From Omnitrophica bacterium GWA2_41_15 (GTDB taxonomy: Bacteria > Omnitrophota > Gorgyraeia > Gygaellales > UBA12090): 64,000 nucleotides of DNA. The DNA lies in NCBI GenBank assembly GCA_919902675.1, contig CAKKRH010000013.1, forward strand, positions 47,239 through 111,238, read 5' to 3'. Under the pieces are notes generated by a model that was not told the DNA's origin, ran no database searches, and saw only the letters and a program-made list of their open reading frames with translations. The translations under genes and the position numbers were made by a program. Each line of letters starts with the position of its first letter. Position 1 is the stretch's first letter. Positions 9,323 to 18,687 of this stretch are shown here, in pieces.

Positions 9323-9429
9323 ATATTAATGCCATCATAACTAACTGCTTATCAATTAGTTAGGAAACTTTTTTTCCGCGATAAATATTTCACAACTATT
9401 TATCAAAAAGACATGAAGGGTATCTCTGG

Positions 9430-9717
9430 TTATCTCTCGCATAATTCGAGCTTCTTGGCTCTGGTAAGGCCCTTGATGTAGGATTCCCGCTTTTGGGCTT
9501 GGGATCTACTGGGGTGTTTTTCGGAATGGACGAGTTTTACAGGCCAACGGAATCTCGTATATCTGCCGCCGTTGCCTTCATTATGGTCTTTTACTCGACG
9601 AGGAAGGTTGTTGGTGACTCCGGTATAGAGCGTTTTATCACGGCACTCGATTATATAGACGTGCCAGGATATGTGAGGCAGGTGCTCCATGAAACGTGTG
9701 TTATATGTGGAAGGCAC
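9430..9717 (-). CDS. Small GIY-YIG nuclease family protein, copy 3 of 3
   Basis: 95 aa with the same core as copies 1 and 2. The likely start is at 9690. The hairpin leader is repeated at 9714..9773 (14-bp stem at 9742..9755 / 9760..9773). Confidence 0.8.
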   Translation of the reverse strand: MPSTYNTRFMEHLPHISWHVYIIECRDKTLYTGVTNNLPRRVKDHNEGNGGRYTRFRWPVKLVHSEKHPSRSQAQKRESYIKGLTRAKKLELCER

Positions 9718-10396
9718 TTCGCCCCCTTCGGGGGCTCAGTGCCCAATTTTTCGCCGAGAGGCGAAAAATTGGGGTCGCTGGTGGCTTGGTAAAGGTAAAA
9801 GGTTTATTATTGTTAGATGGATTTCCCTGCCAAATACTACCGCGACTTATACTATTACTGCTACTCCTCCGCCTAAAAATTGCTCTTTAGGAAATAAAAT
9901 CAGATTCGCGAGGCAATCTCTCGGAAAGACTCAAAAAACGCTTTCTGAAATGATTAAGCATCCCCGGAGCTTAATCAGCCGTTATGAACAAGACAAAATC
10001 AGAAAACCCAATACCAAAGTCCTGCTTGACATCGCAAAGTCTCTGAAGGTCAGCCCTGATAAGCTAATCTCTATCCAGCAATTCCAACCAATTGGAAATA
10101 AGGCAGAAATTGATAAGCTTTATGCCTTTCTCAAAACCCCGCATAACTTCGGCAAAAAACTAAGAGACTTACGCCTTCGGGCAAATATTGAACAAAAGGC
10201 CTTGGCCCTGGAAGTCGGGATTAACCGCGAAAGTATCCGGCGCTATGAAAGGAATATCACCCGGCCAAGCAAAGCGATTTTAGCCAAAATCATAGAGGCT
10301 TTAAAAGACTCTTCCCGCAAGCTGCAAGAGAAATATTACCATAATAAAGGCGCTGACTCAAGTAAATTTGTAGCAAAAATTGAAAGGAGGAATTGA
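9689..10396 (+). CDS. Tandem XRE-type HTH protein (two HTH_XRE domains); start uncertain
   Basis: The two HTH units are IRFARQSLGKTQKTLSEMIKHPRSLISRYEQDK and LRDLRLRANIEQKALALEVGINRESIRRYERN. The only in-frame ATG upstream of the first HTH lies inside the GIY-YIG repeat, antisense to the GIY-YIG start. The 5' 200 nt may therefore be repeat-derived or untranslated. Confidence 0.55.
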   Translation: MKRVLYVEGTSPPSGAQCPIFRREAKNWGRWWLGKGKRFIIVRWISLPNTTATYTITATPPPKNCSLGNKIRFARQSLGKTQKTLSEMIKHPRSLISRYEQDKIRKPNTKVLLDIAKSLKVSPDKLISIQQFQPIGNKAEIDKLYAFLKTPHNFGKKLRDLRLRANIEQKALALEVGINRESIRRYERNITRPSKAILAKIIEALKDSSRKLQEKYYHNKGADSSKFVAKIERRN

Positions 10397-10398
10397 AA

Positions 10399-10692
10399 AT
10401 GAGAATAAGCAAATTATGGCTGTTTATAATGATATCGTTTATTGCCGGTTTTGTCTGGGGGCGGGTATCTACCGCTGACTTGCCTCAACGTTACCCTGAG
10501 ACAAGAATAGCCATTGGCGGAGATGAGCAAATGGTTTCGCTGGATATCTTAAGGGATAAAGATAATATCCGGATCATTGACCAGGAGACCGGCCAGCTGA
10601 TATTTGAATACAACCGTTACAAAGAAACAGATAGAGGCGCATTCAGGGAATTTGAAGCGGTGCTTATAGAAATTATGGACGGGGACGGTTAG
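10399..10692 (+). CDS. Small membrane-anchored protein, unknown function
   Basis: An AGGAGG SD precedes the ATG at 10399. MRISKLWLFIMISFIAGFVWG forms an N-terminal TM helix. I recognise no motif. Confidence 0.5.
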   Translation: MRISKLWLFIMISFIAGFVWGRVSTADLPQRYPETRIAIGGDEQMVSLDILRDKDNIRIIDQETGQLIFEYNRYKETDRGAFREFEAVLIEIMDGDG

Positions 10693-10876
10693 AGATTTCT
10701 CTTAAATTCAGCCGGTTATTGATTATCTTGCCTTCCTTGGCCGGGGATATTTCCAAATAGTACTGGGTGCCGTCGCTTTTAAGCATTACACGGATATAGC
10801 CTTTCCGGTGCTTCTTGACCATTCGCCAGCCTTCAAGGATCTCTTCTTCGTCAAAGCTGATATCTTCTCTTTCCAT
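10673..10876 (-). CDS. Hypothetical 67-aa protein
   Basis: ORF only. It has no clear SD and no recognisable motif. Confidence 0.25.
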   Translation of the reverse strand: MEREDISFDEEEILEGWRMVKKHRKGYIRVMLKSDGTQYYLEISPAKEGKIINNRLNLREISNRPRP

Positions 10877-11152
10877 AGGCGTATTTTAGGCCTTATATCT
10901 TAACCGAAGAGTATCTTGCTTTGGGCGCGATAACCGGGTAGTTATCGCCCATAAAGGAATTTACCGCTCTTTTCGCCTTTTTTGCCTTTATCCGCAGGAA
11001 ACGGACAAACAGCCGGCAGAAAGCCTTAGCGCTCATAGAATACCCCTTTTTTTAGCCGTTTTTCAGGCTCTTGAATGAAAAGGAGAAGAACACCCTTCTT
11101 CCCCACAGTAAACAAAGTATAACATATTATTGCCATTTTGTCAAGTTACATA

Positions 11153-11181
11153 TTGACAAAACATATTATTTGTTGTATACT
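11153..11181 (+). promoter_or_regulatory. Consensus-like sigma70 promoter for the XRE-cupin / two-component operon
   Basis: TTGACA (11153..11158), a 17-nt spacer, then TATACT (11176..11181), 24 nt before the ATG at 11205. It is flanked by repeated AACATATTAT(T)TG motifs and by GTATAACA...TGTTGTATAC dyad symmetry. Confidence 0.6.
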
Positions 11182-11204
11182 TTAGATAAGAAAGGCTGTG
11201 TTAT

Positions 11205-11762
11205 ATGGATATAGGAGAAATCATAAAGAAACTGCGCGCTGAAGCGGGATTGACCCAGGCGCAATTAGGAGAGAAGTCCGAGCTTAGCTTTACCACTATC
11301 TCTAAGCTGGAAAAAGGCTCACTTACCGGTACTATCCCCACCCACCGCAAGCTGGCCCAGGCCTTCAACCTTAGCCTATCGCAATTCTACCAGGGGCTGG
11401 ATGAGCCGGAAAAAGAGCCTCTAAAAGTTACCTCCACCTCAAGGCCGCAGGCCGATATATTTTATTACAACGATAAAGCCATATCCCAGATACTGCTTAA
11501 AAAGGCCGGCCGGCATAATATGCTTCCGGAATTAGTGCGCCTTGAGCCGCGCGGGGAAACCGCCTTAGAGCAAAAGCCCAGGGGCGTTGAGCAGTTTATC
11601 TATGTTTTGGAAGGGAAAATTAAGCTGAAAGCAGGCGGTGATACCTTCAGGCTCAAAAAAGGAGAATGTATCTATATTGATGCCTTTCTTCCCCACACAA
11701 TGAAGAATGACTCAAGCGCCGCGGCAAAGATACTCAAGGTAACCTCACCGGCCACATTATAG
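11205..11762 (+). CDS. XRE-family HTH + cupin-domain transcriptional regulator
   Basis: The N-terminal IKKLRAEAGLTQAQLGEKSELSFTTISKLEKG is an XRE HTH. The C-terminal EQFIYVLEGKIKLKAGGDTFRLKKGECIYIDAFLPHTMKN is cupin-like. Confidence 0.8.
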   Translation: MDIGEIIKKLRAEAGLTQAQLGEKSELSFTTISKLEKGSLTGTIPTHRKLAQAFNLSLSQFYQGLDEPEKEPLKVTSTSRPQADIFYYNDKAISQILLKKAGRHNMLPELVRLEPRGETALEQKPRGVEQFIYVLEGKIKLKAGGDTFRLKKGECIYIDAFLPHTMKNDSSAAAKILKVTSPATL

Positions 11763-11786
11763 GCATAGAAAGAAAGGGACAACACT

Positions 11787-12152
11787 ATGGCTAAGGAAAA
11801 AATAGTTATCTGCGATGACAATGAGGGAGTGCGGGAATCATTAAGACTGATCTTAGAGGACAATTATCAGCTGGCATTTGCCGATAACGGATTCGCGGCG
11901 ATTGAACAGGTTAAAAATGATTCGGTAAGCCTGGTGCTTTTGGACATCAAGATGCCCCGGCTAAACGGCATTGATACGCTTAAGGAAATACTTAAAATAA
12001 AGCCGAAAACGAAAGTTCTCTTCGTGACCGGTTATCAGTATACAGACGCGGCAAAGGACGCGCTCAAGAATGGGGCTTTGGATTACATCGTCAAGCCCTT
12101 TGAACCGCAGGAGCTGAAAGACGCGGTCAAAAAGGCCCTGGACAAAAAGTGA
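11787..12152 (+). CDS. Single-domain response regulator (CheY-like receiver)
   Basis: KIVICDDNEGVRE...LVLLDIKMPRLNGIDTLKEI...KVLFVTGY...DYIVKPF has the receiver-domain acidic pocket, the phospho-accepting Asp and the conserved Lys. Confidence 0.9.
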   Translation: MAKEKIVICDDNEGVRESLRLILEDNYQLAFADNGFAAIEQVKNDSVSLVLLDIKMPRLNGIDTLKEILKIKPKTKVLFVTGYQYTDAAKDALKNGALDYIVKPFEPQELKDAVKKALDKK

Positions 12153-14263
12153 ATTATTACCTCTTTATTTACCGGCTCTCCCTCTTCCTCACCTTTTTCA
12201 CCACCTTTCTGTTGGGATTCGTTGTTCTGATAAAAGGCAGGCATAATAAAACCAGCTGGCTGCACTGCGCCTTTTCATTTTCTATCGCGGTATGGAGCTT
12301 TCTCCAGGGATGGATGAGCTTTGCTGTTTATCAAAGCGAGGCCCTCCTTATCGGAAAGGTTATGTGCGTAGGGGTTATTTTGATCCCTCCGCTTTTTCTG
12401 CACTTTGTTTTTTCCTTCCTGGAAATCAAAAAAAGAAAGATAATCCTCCTCTCTTATTTACCGGCTGTCATATTTTTAGCGGGGTTGCCTTCCAAGTTGT
12501 TTGTGGATATCACCTATCGCCCGGACATCCGCTTTACAGTCAGCCCGGGGGTGATGTATCATTTTTTCCTGGGTTACTTTATCTTTCTTGCCGGATTAAG
12601 CCTCTATGAATTATACCGCGCCTACGCTAATTCTACCGGCGTAAAACGCAACCAATTAAAATACATGTTCTGGGGCACCCTAATCGGTTTTATTACCGGA
12701 GGCTCAAATTTTCTCTATGTCTATGACAATGCTGTTTCCCTGATAAACCCATATGCCACCTTTGGCGTTCCGCTATACGCGATAATAATCGCCTATGCTA
12801 TCGGTAAACACCGGCTTATGGACATAAATCTGATTATCCGCAAAGCTGTTATCTACGGAATAATCTACAGTTTATCTCTTGCCATATTCAGCATTATAGT
12901 TATCCTGATCGGGCAATGGATAATCTCCGGAAGCATTGACAAAAGAGTAATCAGCCTTTACATATTCGCGGTTTGTATTGTTGTAGTCATAGTCAAGCCG
13001 TTGGATGAATTCCTCACCAGGCATACGGACAAGTTCTTATTCCGAGGGGAATACGAATACCACCGCACCTTAAGAAAGGCGTCTTTAGGTATGATCCGTA
13101 TAAGAAGGCTGGATAAACTGCTTTACCTGATCGTTAAGATAATCACCCGGCAGGTAAAGGTAAGACATGCCGCCATATTTCTTTGGGATAAAGACGAAAA
13201 TGCCTACATAGTTAAGGCCGCCAGGGGAAAACCCAAGATACCCAAGGACCAGATGAAAATTATCTCCAGGAACCAATTGATTCGTTACCTTATCAGGAAT
13301 AAGGATTCTATTGTTTGCGAGGAGTTAAAGCTGGCGCTTAAGCAAAAACCGTCAGATACCCTGGAGGCAGTGATTAAGGAAATGAACCGGCTCAATGTGA
13401 GCGTATGCGTGCCCAGCTTTCTAAAAGACAAACTGACCGGCTTTCTTTTATTGGGTGAGAAATTATCCGGGGATATGTATTCGCGGGAGGACTTAAGCCT
13501 GTTTAACACCCTCTCTGTTCAGGCGACGCTGGCTATTGAGAACGCCCAGGCCTATGAGGAGATTACAAAAGCTAAGGAGAAACTTTTTGAGGTGGAAAAA
13601 TTCGCCAGCATAGGCAGGCTGGCCGGAGGCATTGCCCACGAGATAAAAAACCCTCTGGCATCAATCAAAACCTTTACCGCCTATCTGGATAAGAAATTTG
13701 ATGACCCGGAATTCCGAAAGAAATTTCAAAAGATAGTCGGTTCGGAGGTGGATAGGATAAACCATATTGTAGAGCAGTTAGTTACCTACGCCCACCCCAA
13801 GCGCCTGGTAACGGAGATTGTGGGCCTACACAAGATAGTTGACGAGACATTTTCTCTGCTTGAGAATGAGCTTAAAGAAAAGAATATCCGGGTAAAAAAA
13901 TATTATTTACCCGGCAACGCGGAAATCTCCGCTGATCCTAAGCAGTTAAAGCAGGTATTCCTTAACCTGTTTTTAAACAGTATCGCGGCAATGAAAGACA
14001 ATAACGGCAGGATAAAAGAACTTTCGGTAGCCATAGAGAAAGAAAGGGGGAATTTAAGGGTGAGAATTTCTGACACTGGCGAGGGCATAGCCAAAGAGCA
14101 AATTCCCTCAATATTTGACCCTTTCTTTACCACCAAAGAAAACGGATCGGGGTTAGGGCTGTCAATCGTTAAGAGCATTGTTGAAAATCACAATGGAAAA
14201 ATATCCGTGGAGAGCGAATTAGGTAAAGGGACGAGTTTTTGGATAAGGCTACCCTTAAAGTAA
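12149..14263 (+). CDS. Membrane sensor histidine kinase (N-terminal multi-TM sensor, GAF-like middle, HisKA + HATPase_c)
   Basis: About 7 predicted TM helices occupy the first 290 aa. The H-box is GGIAHEIKNPL. The N, G1 and G2 boxes are LFLNSIAAM, DTGEGI and GSGLGLSIV. The gene overlaps the response-regulator stop by 4 nt. Confidence 0.9.
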   Translation: MNYYLFIYRLSLFLTFFTTFLLGFVVLIKGRHNKTSWLHCAFSFSIAVWSFLQGWMSFAVYQSEALLIGKVMCVGVILIPPLFLHFVFSFLEIKKRKIILLSYLPAVIFLAGLPSKLFVDITYRPDIRFTVSPGVMYHFFLGYFIFLAGLSLYELYRAYANSTGVKRNQLKYMFWGTLIGFITGGSNFLYVYDNAVSLINPYATFGVPLYAIIIAYAIGKHRLMDINLIIRKAVIYGIIYSLSLAIFSIIVILIGQWIISGSIDKRVISLYIFAVCIVVVIVKPLDEFLTRHTDKFLFRGEYEYHRTLRKASLGMIRIRRLDKLLYLIVKIITRQVKVRHAAIFLWDKDENAYIVKAARGKPKIPKDQMKIISRNQLIRYLIRNKDSIVCEELKLALKQKPSDTLEAVIKEMNRLNVSVCVPSFLKDKLTGFLLLGEKLSGDMYSREDLSLFNTLSVQATLAIENAQAYEEITKAKEKLFEVEKFASIGRLAGGIAHEIKNPLASIKTFTAYLDKKFDDPEFRKKFQKIVGSEVDRINHIVEQLVTYAHPKRLVTEIVGLHKIVDETFSLLENELKEKNIRVKKYYLPGNAEISADPKQLKQVFLNLFLNSIAAMKDNNGRIKELSVAIEKERGNLRVRISDTGEGIAKEQIPSIFDPFFTTKENGSGLGLSIVKSIVENHNGKISVESELGKGTSFWIRLPLK

Positions 14264-14324
14264 GTAATATTATAGCTATTTCTTAAGACTGCTACCAACA
14301 CACTGAAAGCCAGGTTTAGACAAT

Positions 14325-16808
14325 TTACATGTTAACAGAAATCGGTACAGTAATACCGATTTTATTTGCTACAGGAGTATAAATATCCACTTTTTCTTCT
14401 GGAGTTGTTATTGATACAACGAGTGCATACCGACACTTACGGTTCCATTTCTCAAGATAAGCTCTTTCACGCCACCAGCCGATAACAGGATAAATAGCAA
14501 TAACACCAGATTCCGCTAATTCTGCAGCGGTACCATCCCATATATCAGAATGTATTGAGCCTTTGTCTCTTCCATTTGACCCAATTGTCCAATGATCCGA
14601 TGCGCTTTGAGTTCCCGGATGGCCTTCATCTTCAGATCTTACAGCTACATTTATCCTCTTAATAAAATCATCGTTTGTTTCATTGGGAGATTTTACATCA
14701 AACCGCAGCGCATGAGAGGCGTAACGATAACGATCTTTCCACCCTATCTCACCAGGCCCTGGCTCTATAAAATAAGATAGCGTGATGCGCATTTGAACAT
14801 TCGTTTGAGATGGTAAATGTAGAAGAACTTCCTTAGGCCAAGGTAAATCATAAAGATGCATTTCTTTAGTTTTATAACCACTTCCTCCATCTTTCTCATC
14901 AAAAGGTTGTAATTCTTCTTGTGCAATAAGCGTCAAACTATTCGATCCACTGTAAAGAGCGCGCGTCAAATTAGGCACACCATACCCACAAATACGTAGC
15001 AGCCGAGAATAATCTGTCTTTGTAGGTTTAAGCGGTAAAAATTGTACTTTTAAAGTATCAGTCCATTCAGCAGAATGCACCATCAGGGCTCGAATTGTTT
15101 CCGGCCAGATGTCCGGATAGGCATTATGTATTTGCGCTGCAAACCAAGCTGCTTGCGCAGTTGCCGCACTAGTCATATTGAAGTCATAAAAATGGCGAAC
15201 CGCCGGGTCACGAAAAGTGGACAAAAGAGACACATCATCAGCACTACTACAATAACCATGCCCATCGTGAACCGCATTACCGCCTTCCATAACAATTTCT
15301 GGTTTAATAGGCCAACGACTCTCCCATTCTAAAGATGTAGTAGTAAATGGCGAAAGTCCTCCTGATGGCGCAACCGGAGAAAATCCTGCAAAAGATTTAT
15401 CTTTTATTTGGTCTAATTTAGTAAATGCTCCAACTGTAAGCGCATTCCATGATTGGGCAGGGTCATGAACAGAATCTGTTAATTGAGCATCGGGATAATT
15501 CAATATGGTACCAAAATCGGTAATATTCCCCGCGCATATAATAAAAAGCCGCTTATTGTCGTCATTTACTCCAGATGAAAGTTGATCGACCTTACCTGAC
15601 CAAGAACTAGGACGGCCTCGATCTCGAGTATCAATTGCAGATATAGCCATACATAGAACGCGTTTCCTTTCTGGAGACTGAATTTCTGCTCTACTAACAG
15701 CCTGAGCCGTAATATAACCCCAAAGTTCTGGCTTAGTATACCCTGGTGGTCGAGGAAGAATTTTTACAGACTCGAGACAGTGACGCAAATGGATTAATTC
15801 TGTATTCAATAGACATTCCCCCAAATCACCATAAGCAGCCACCCCTGCCATAAGAGTACCGTGCCCATTATGGTCATCAATTCCCCAATTTGGATCAACG
15901 GAGTGACAATCTCCACTTTTTAAAACCAAAGAAAGCAGTGGATGCCCATAATTTATACCTGTATCCAGCACACAGATAGCAACCTTTGGATCGGATTCCA
16001 CTTTACATCGTTGCAATAAATCCCTAACCCACTGCGCTTGCTCTTGGTTCTCCATCTCTACCCAAAAGACAGCTGTTTCTTTTGCCCGTCTATATTCCGC
16101 GATGTCATCAGATAAAGCAGTCAAACGCTCTAGCTGGCTTTTATTAGTTAAAATCAGTTTTACTGTGCGCTCTGGAAAGCGTATTGTACCCTTAGCTTTC
16201 TCAATTTGCTCACGGTCGAGAATTTCTTCAAACCTTTGGATTACTGCATCAGTTTCACTACTCAACCAAACCTCACACCATGTCTTTTCCTCAGAAGGAA
16301 TCAATTCTTTTTTGTCCTGCCAAAAAGACTCAACCAAAATAGCCTCTCTAATATCGGCTATGCTATTAATCAAGGTTGCATTCTTAGGCTTTCCCGATTT
16401 TAAATCATTCATTGCGTACTCTTGGATTTTAGATAGAAAATACCCCTTCTTCTCATTCGCCACATAAACAGTGGCAAGAGTAACTGCGGCATCTCCATCT
16501 CCTTCTGTACGCACATTTAATAACCGCACCTTTTTAGAACGCATATCGTCCAAGCTTTTGGTAACCAAATCTGCTCCAGGATCACTTTTAAATTCAATAT
16601 AGACACCTTCCCTAATCGCATGTATTACGGCTTGTTTATTTTTGGCTTGCTGCCAAGCAGCATTAAGTCTGTCAAGAAGAAATTGACTATGAGGCTGTCT
16701 ATCTCGAATAGGGATGTGTGGTTTAGCACCCATAGAAGAAGTACCCGTGAAGTTCTTTACGGCAGGATGGTCTCGTAGAAAAATATGAGAGAATCGTTCA
16801 TTAGCCAT
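14325..16808 (-). CDS. S8 (subtilisin-like) serine peptidase with large N- and C-terminal extensions; IetS-like
   Basis: The catalytic triad context is CVLDTGINYGHP (Asp), HNGHGTLMAGVAAYG (His) and FNMTSAATAQAAW (Ser). The gene is paired 6 nt downstream of an AAA+ ATPase gene. Confidence 0.8.
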   Translation of the reverse strand: MANERFSHIFLRDHPAVKNFTGTSSMGAKPHIPIRDRQPHSQFLLDRLNAAWQQAKNKQAVIHAIREGVYIEFKSDPGADLVTKSLDDMRSKKVRLLNVRTEGDGDAAVTLATVYVANEKKGYFLSKIQEYAMNDLKSGKPKNATLINSIADIREAILVESFWQDKKELIPSEEKTWCEVWLSSETDAVIQRFEEILDREQIEKAKGTIRFPERTVKLILTNKSQLERLTALSDDIAEYRRAKETAVFWVEMENQEQAQWVRDLLQRCKVESDPKVAICVLDTGINYGHPLLSLVLKSGDCHSVDPNWGIDDHNGHGTLMAGVAAYGDLGECLLNTELIHLRHCLESVKILPRPPGYTKPELWGYITAQAVSRAEIQSPERKRVLCMAISAIDTRDRGRPSSWSGKVDQLSSGVNDDNKRLFIICAGNITDFGTILNYPDAQLTDSVHDPAQSWNALTVGAFTKLDQIKDKSFAGFSPVAPSGGLSPFTTTSLEWESRWPIKPEIVMEGGNAVHDGHGYCSSADDVSLLSTFRDPAVRHFYDFNMTSAATAQAAWFAAQIHNAYPDIWPETIRALMVHSAEWTDTLKVQFLPLKPTKTDYSRLLRICGYGVPNLTRALYSGSNSLTLIAQEELQPFDEKDGGSGYKTKEMHLYDLPWPKEVLLHLPSQTNVQMRITLSYFIEPGPGEIGWKDRYRYASHALRFDVKSPNETNDDFIKRINVAVRSEDEGHPGTQSASDHWTIGSNGRDKGSIHSDIWDGTAAELAESGVIAIYPVIGWWRERAYLEKWNRKCRYALVVSITTPEEKVDIYTPVANKIGITVPISVNM

Positions 16809-16814
16809 GATGAC

Positions 16815-17786
16815 TTATCGTTCTTTTGTATGATATGCTAAACGACGTTCTTTTAGTAAATCTTCAAATAATTTGAACGCGACAGATTCTTTATTATTCA
16901 ATATAGCGAGCTTTATTGCATCACGGCACACATGATCAATTTCAGCGTGGCTAAGCCCTTCAGCCATTTTTGCAGCCCTTTCTGAAGGAAAATCTTTACT
17001 GCAAAAAGTGCCCAGTAGATTTTTGATTAATCTTAATCGATCATCTTGTTCTGGCAACCCATAATGAAGCACATCGTCGAATCTCCGGAATAAGGCTCGG
17101 TCAAGCAGTCGTAGGTTATTAGTAGCCGCAATAATCAAATTATTCGAAGCATCTTTATCAATAAACTGCAAAAAAGCATTCAACACTCGACGCATTTCAC
17201 CAACATCATTTTCTAAATTCCTTTCGCCACCAATAGCATCAAACTCATCAAATAAATAAACCCCTGGCATCTCACGTATTTTATCAAAAATTTGCCTAAG
17301 CTTTGCGCCAGTTTCCCCCATAAATTTTGTAACTAATCGATCCATTTGAATAATATGTAATAGCTGATTTAATTCAAATGCCAAAACTTTAGCTGTCATA
17401 GTTTTACCCGTTCCTGGGGCACCAGCTAAAAGTATTTTCCTGCGATGAGACAAACCATGGCTTTTAAGCTTATTTTGCTGTCGAAACTCAGTAACAATCC
17501 GCTCAATTCTCTGCTTTAATTGATTATTAACTACTAAAGACGATAATGGAAGTCCCGGCTGTTCAGTAAAAATAAGCCCATTGAGATCCTGAGGAAAGAC
17601 AAGGATATTCTTTTGAGAGGTTTCTTTCTTTGCTTTATCAACAAGCTCGCGAATTTCATGAGCCAATTCACTGTGCCCCTGACGAGCTTCATGGGCTGCA
17701 ATCTGCAAAACAGTTGCAAAAAACTGCTCAGAATTGTCATTGTAGTGCGAACGAATTAAAGCTTTCACCTGTTCTGACGTAGCCAT
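16815..17786 (-). CDS. AAA+ ATPase (classical clade); IetA-like
   Basis: Walker A is GAPGTGKT and Walker B is VYLFDEFDAIG. Sensor-1 is IIAATNN and the Arg-finger region is ALFRRFD. The start is set at the ATG at 17786, which is preceded by AAGGAG. Confidence 0.85.
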   Translation of the reverse strand: MATSEQVKALIRSHYNDNSEQFFATVLQIAAHEARQGHSELAHEIRELVDKAKKETSQKNILVFPQDLNGLIFTEQPGLPLSSLVVNNQLKQRIERIVTEFRQQNKLKSHGLSHRRKILLAGAPGTGKTMTAKVLAFELNQLLHIIQMDRLVTKFMGETGAKLRQIFDKIREMPGVYLFDEFDAIGGERNLENDVGEMRRVLNAFLQFIDKDASNNLIIAATNNLRLLDRALFRRFDDVLHYGLPEQDDRLRLIKNLLGTFCSKDFPSERAAKMAEGLSHAEIDHVCRDAIKLAILNNKESVAFKLFEDLLKERRLAYHTKER

Positions 17787-18170
17787 TTTCTGCTCCTTAA
17801 ATGGTGTCGGTATTCGAGAACAACAACATTTAAAATACTTCAATTATATATTATAATAAACTAACATAAATAAAGCTATAACTTTCATACCTACATCATT
17901 AGGACTTCAAGTATTGTATCCCAAAACCCATCCAAGACCAGTTAAAACCCCCGGACTGGTTTATCTCTTTAGGATTAAGTATTGTGCCCCAGGATTCCGC
18001 ACCGGGATTCCTATTCCTCTATCTATCCCCCCTATAAACTCCCGCACTTGTTCTTGTTTTAGTCTTCAAGACTCCGTTGGCATCTCTATGGGAAGCGCCT
18101 GTGGAGGTGCAGCCTATCAAGCTGGCAAAAATAAAAGAAATAATAAGAATATAAAGATACTTTATCCCCT

Positions 18171-18611
18171 TCATTTATCAGGCGCATCCTTCTTTAAGTC
18201 TTTTTCTATCCAGGTCGCCTTTCCATCTACTATATTGGGGCAATTCCAGACTATACCTTCTTCAATATCCAAAACAACCGCTGGCATTCTCAAGTCGGAA
18301 TCCTGCCATTCCAACATTCTTACTATATATTTCTTCTTTTCCTGTGAGCTATCCCCTTGTTTTCCTAAATCCGTTTTAACCCACAAAGGATTACCGTCTT
18401 GTAAATTCTGGCAAGTCCAGATTATACCCTTATAGCTGTCTAGAATAATAGCCGGGATCCTTGTATTTGCTATTGCCCTGCCGTTTTGCATTATAAGAAC
18501 ATACCTGCCTTGCTGCAATTCATTTGAGGTGGGTTCAGCCCTTAGAATGCGATTTGGATAAAAACCAATACCTGCGCATAAAAACATCATAACAAGCAAT
18601 ATTTTCTTCAT
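18171..18611 (-). CDS. Secreted protein with an internal tandem duplication, unknown function
   Basis: The signal peptide is MKKILLVMMFLCAGIG. The two repeated modules are RYVLIMQNG..IPAIILDSYKGIIWTCQNLQDGNPLWVKTDLGK and KYIVRMLEW..MPAVVLDIEEGIVWNCPNIVDGKATWIEKDLKK. Confidence 0.6.
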   Translation of the reverse strand: MKKILLVMMFLCAGIGFYPNRILRAEPTSNELQQGRYVLIMQNGRAIANTRIPAIILDSYKGIIWTCQNLQDGNPLWVKTDLGKQGDSSQEKKKYIVRMLEWQDSDLRMPAVVLDIEEGIVWNCPNIVDGKATWIEKDLKKDAPDK

Positions 18612-18687
18612 AAGCCTCCTCCTTTTGTTTGATTATACCATTAGGCAGACTATTAGGATAGAACTGTCTTTTTTGTCTTCTTTCTCA

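Noticed and set aside
3447-9792. Plus-strand ORFs running through the GIY-YIG repeats (3447..3863, 3532..3714, 5836..6018, 5868..6149, 9493..9792).
   Set aside because: They are antisense shadows of the GIY-YIG genes. They are conserved only because the DNA repeat is conserved, and they have no motifs.
3363-11200. A complete integron (integrase + attI + cassette array).
   Set aside because: No tyrosine recombinase or IntI-like gene occurs in or near the island within this window. Only two attC-like elements are present. At most this is a CALIN-type cluster, which is reported as a hypothesis only.
17914-18435. 173-aa plus-strand ORF.
   Set aside because: It is largely antisense to the better-supported secreted-protein gene 18171..18611. 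Its composition is Ser/Pro/Cys-rich and it has no SD.
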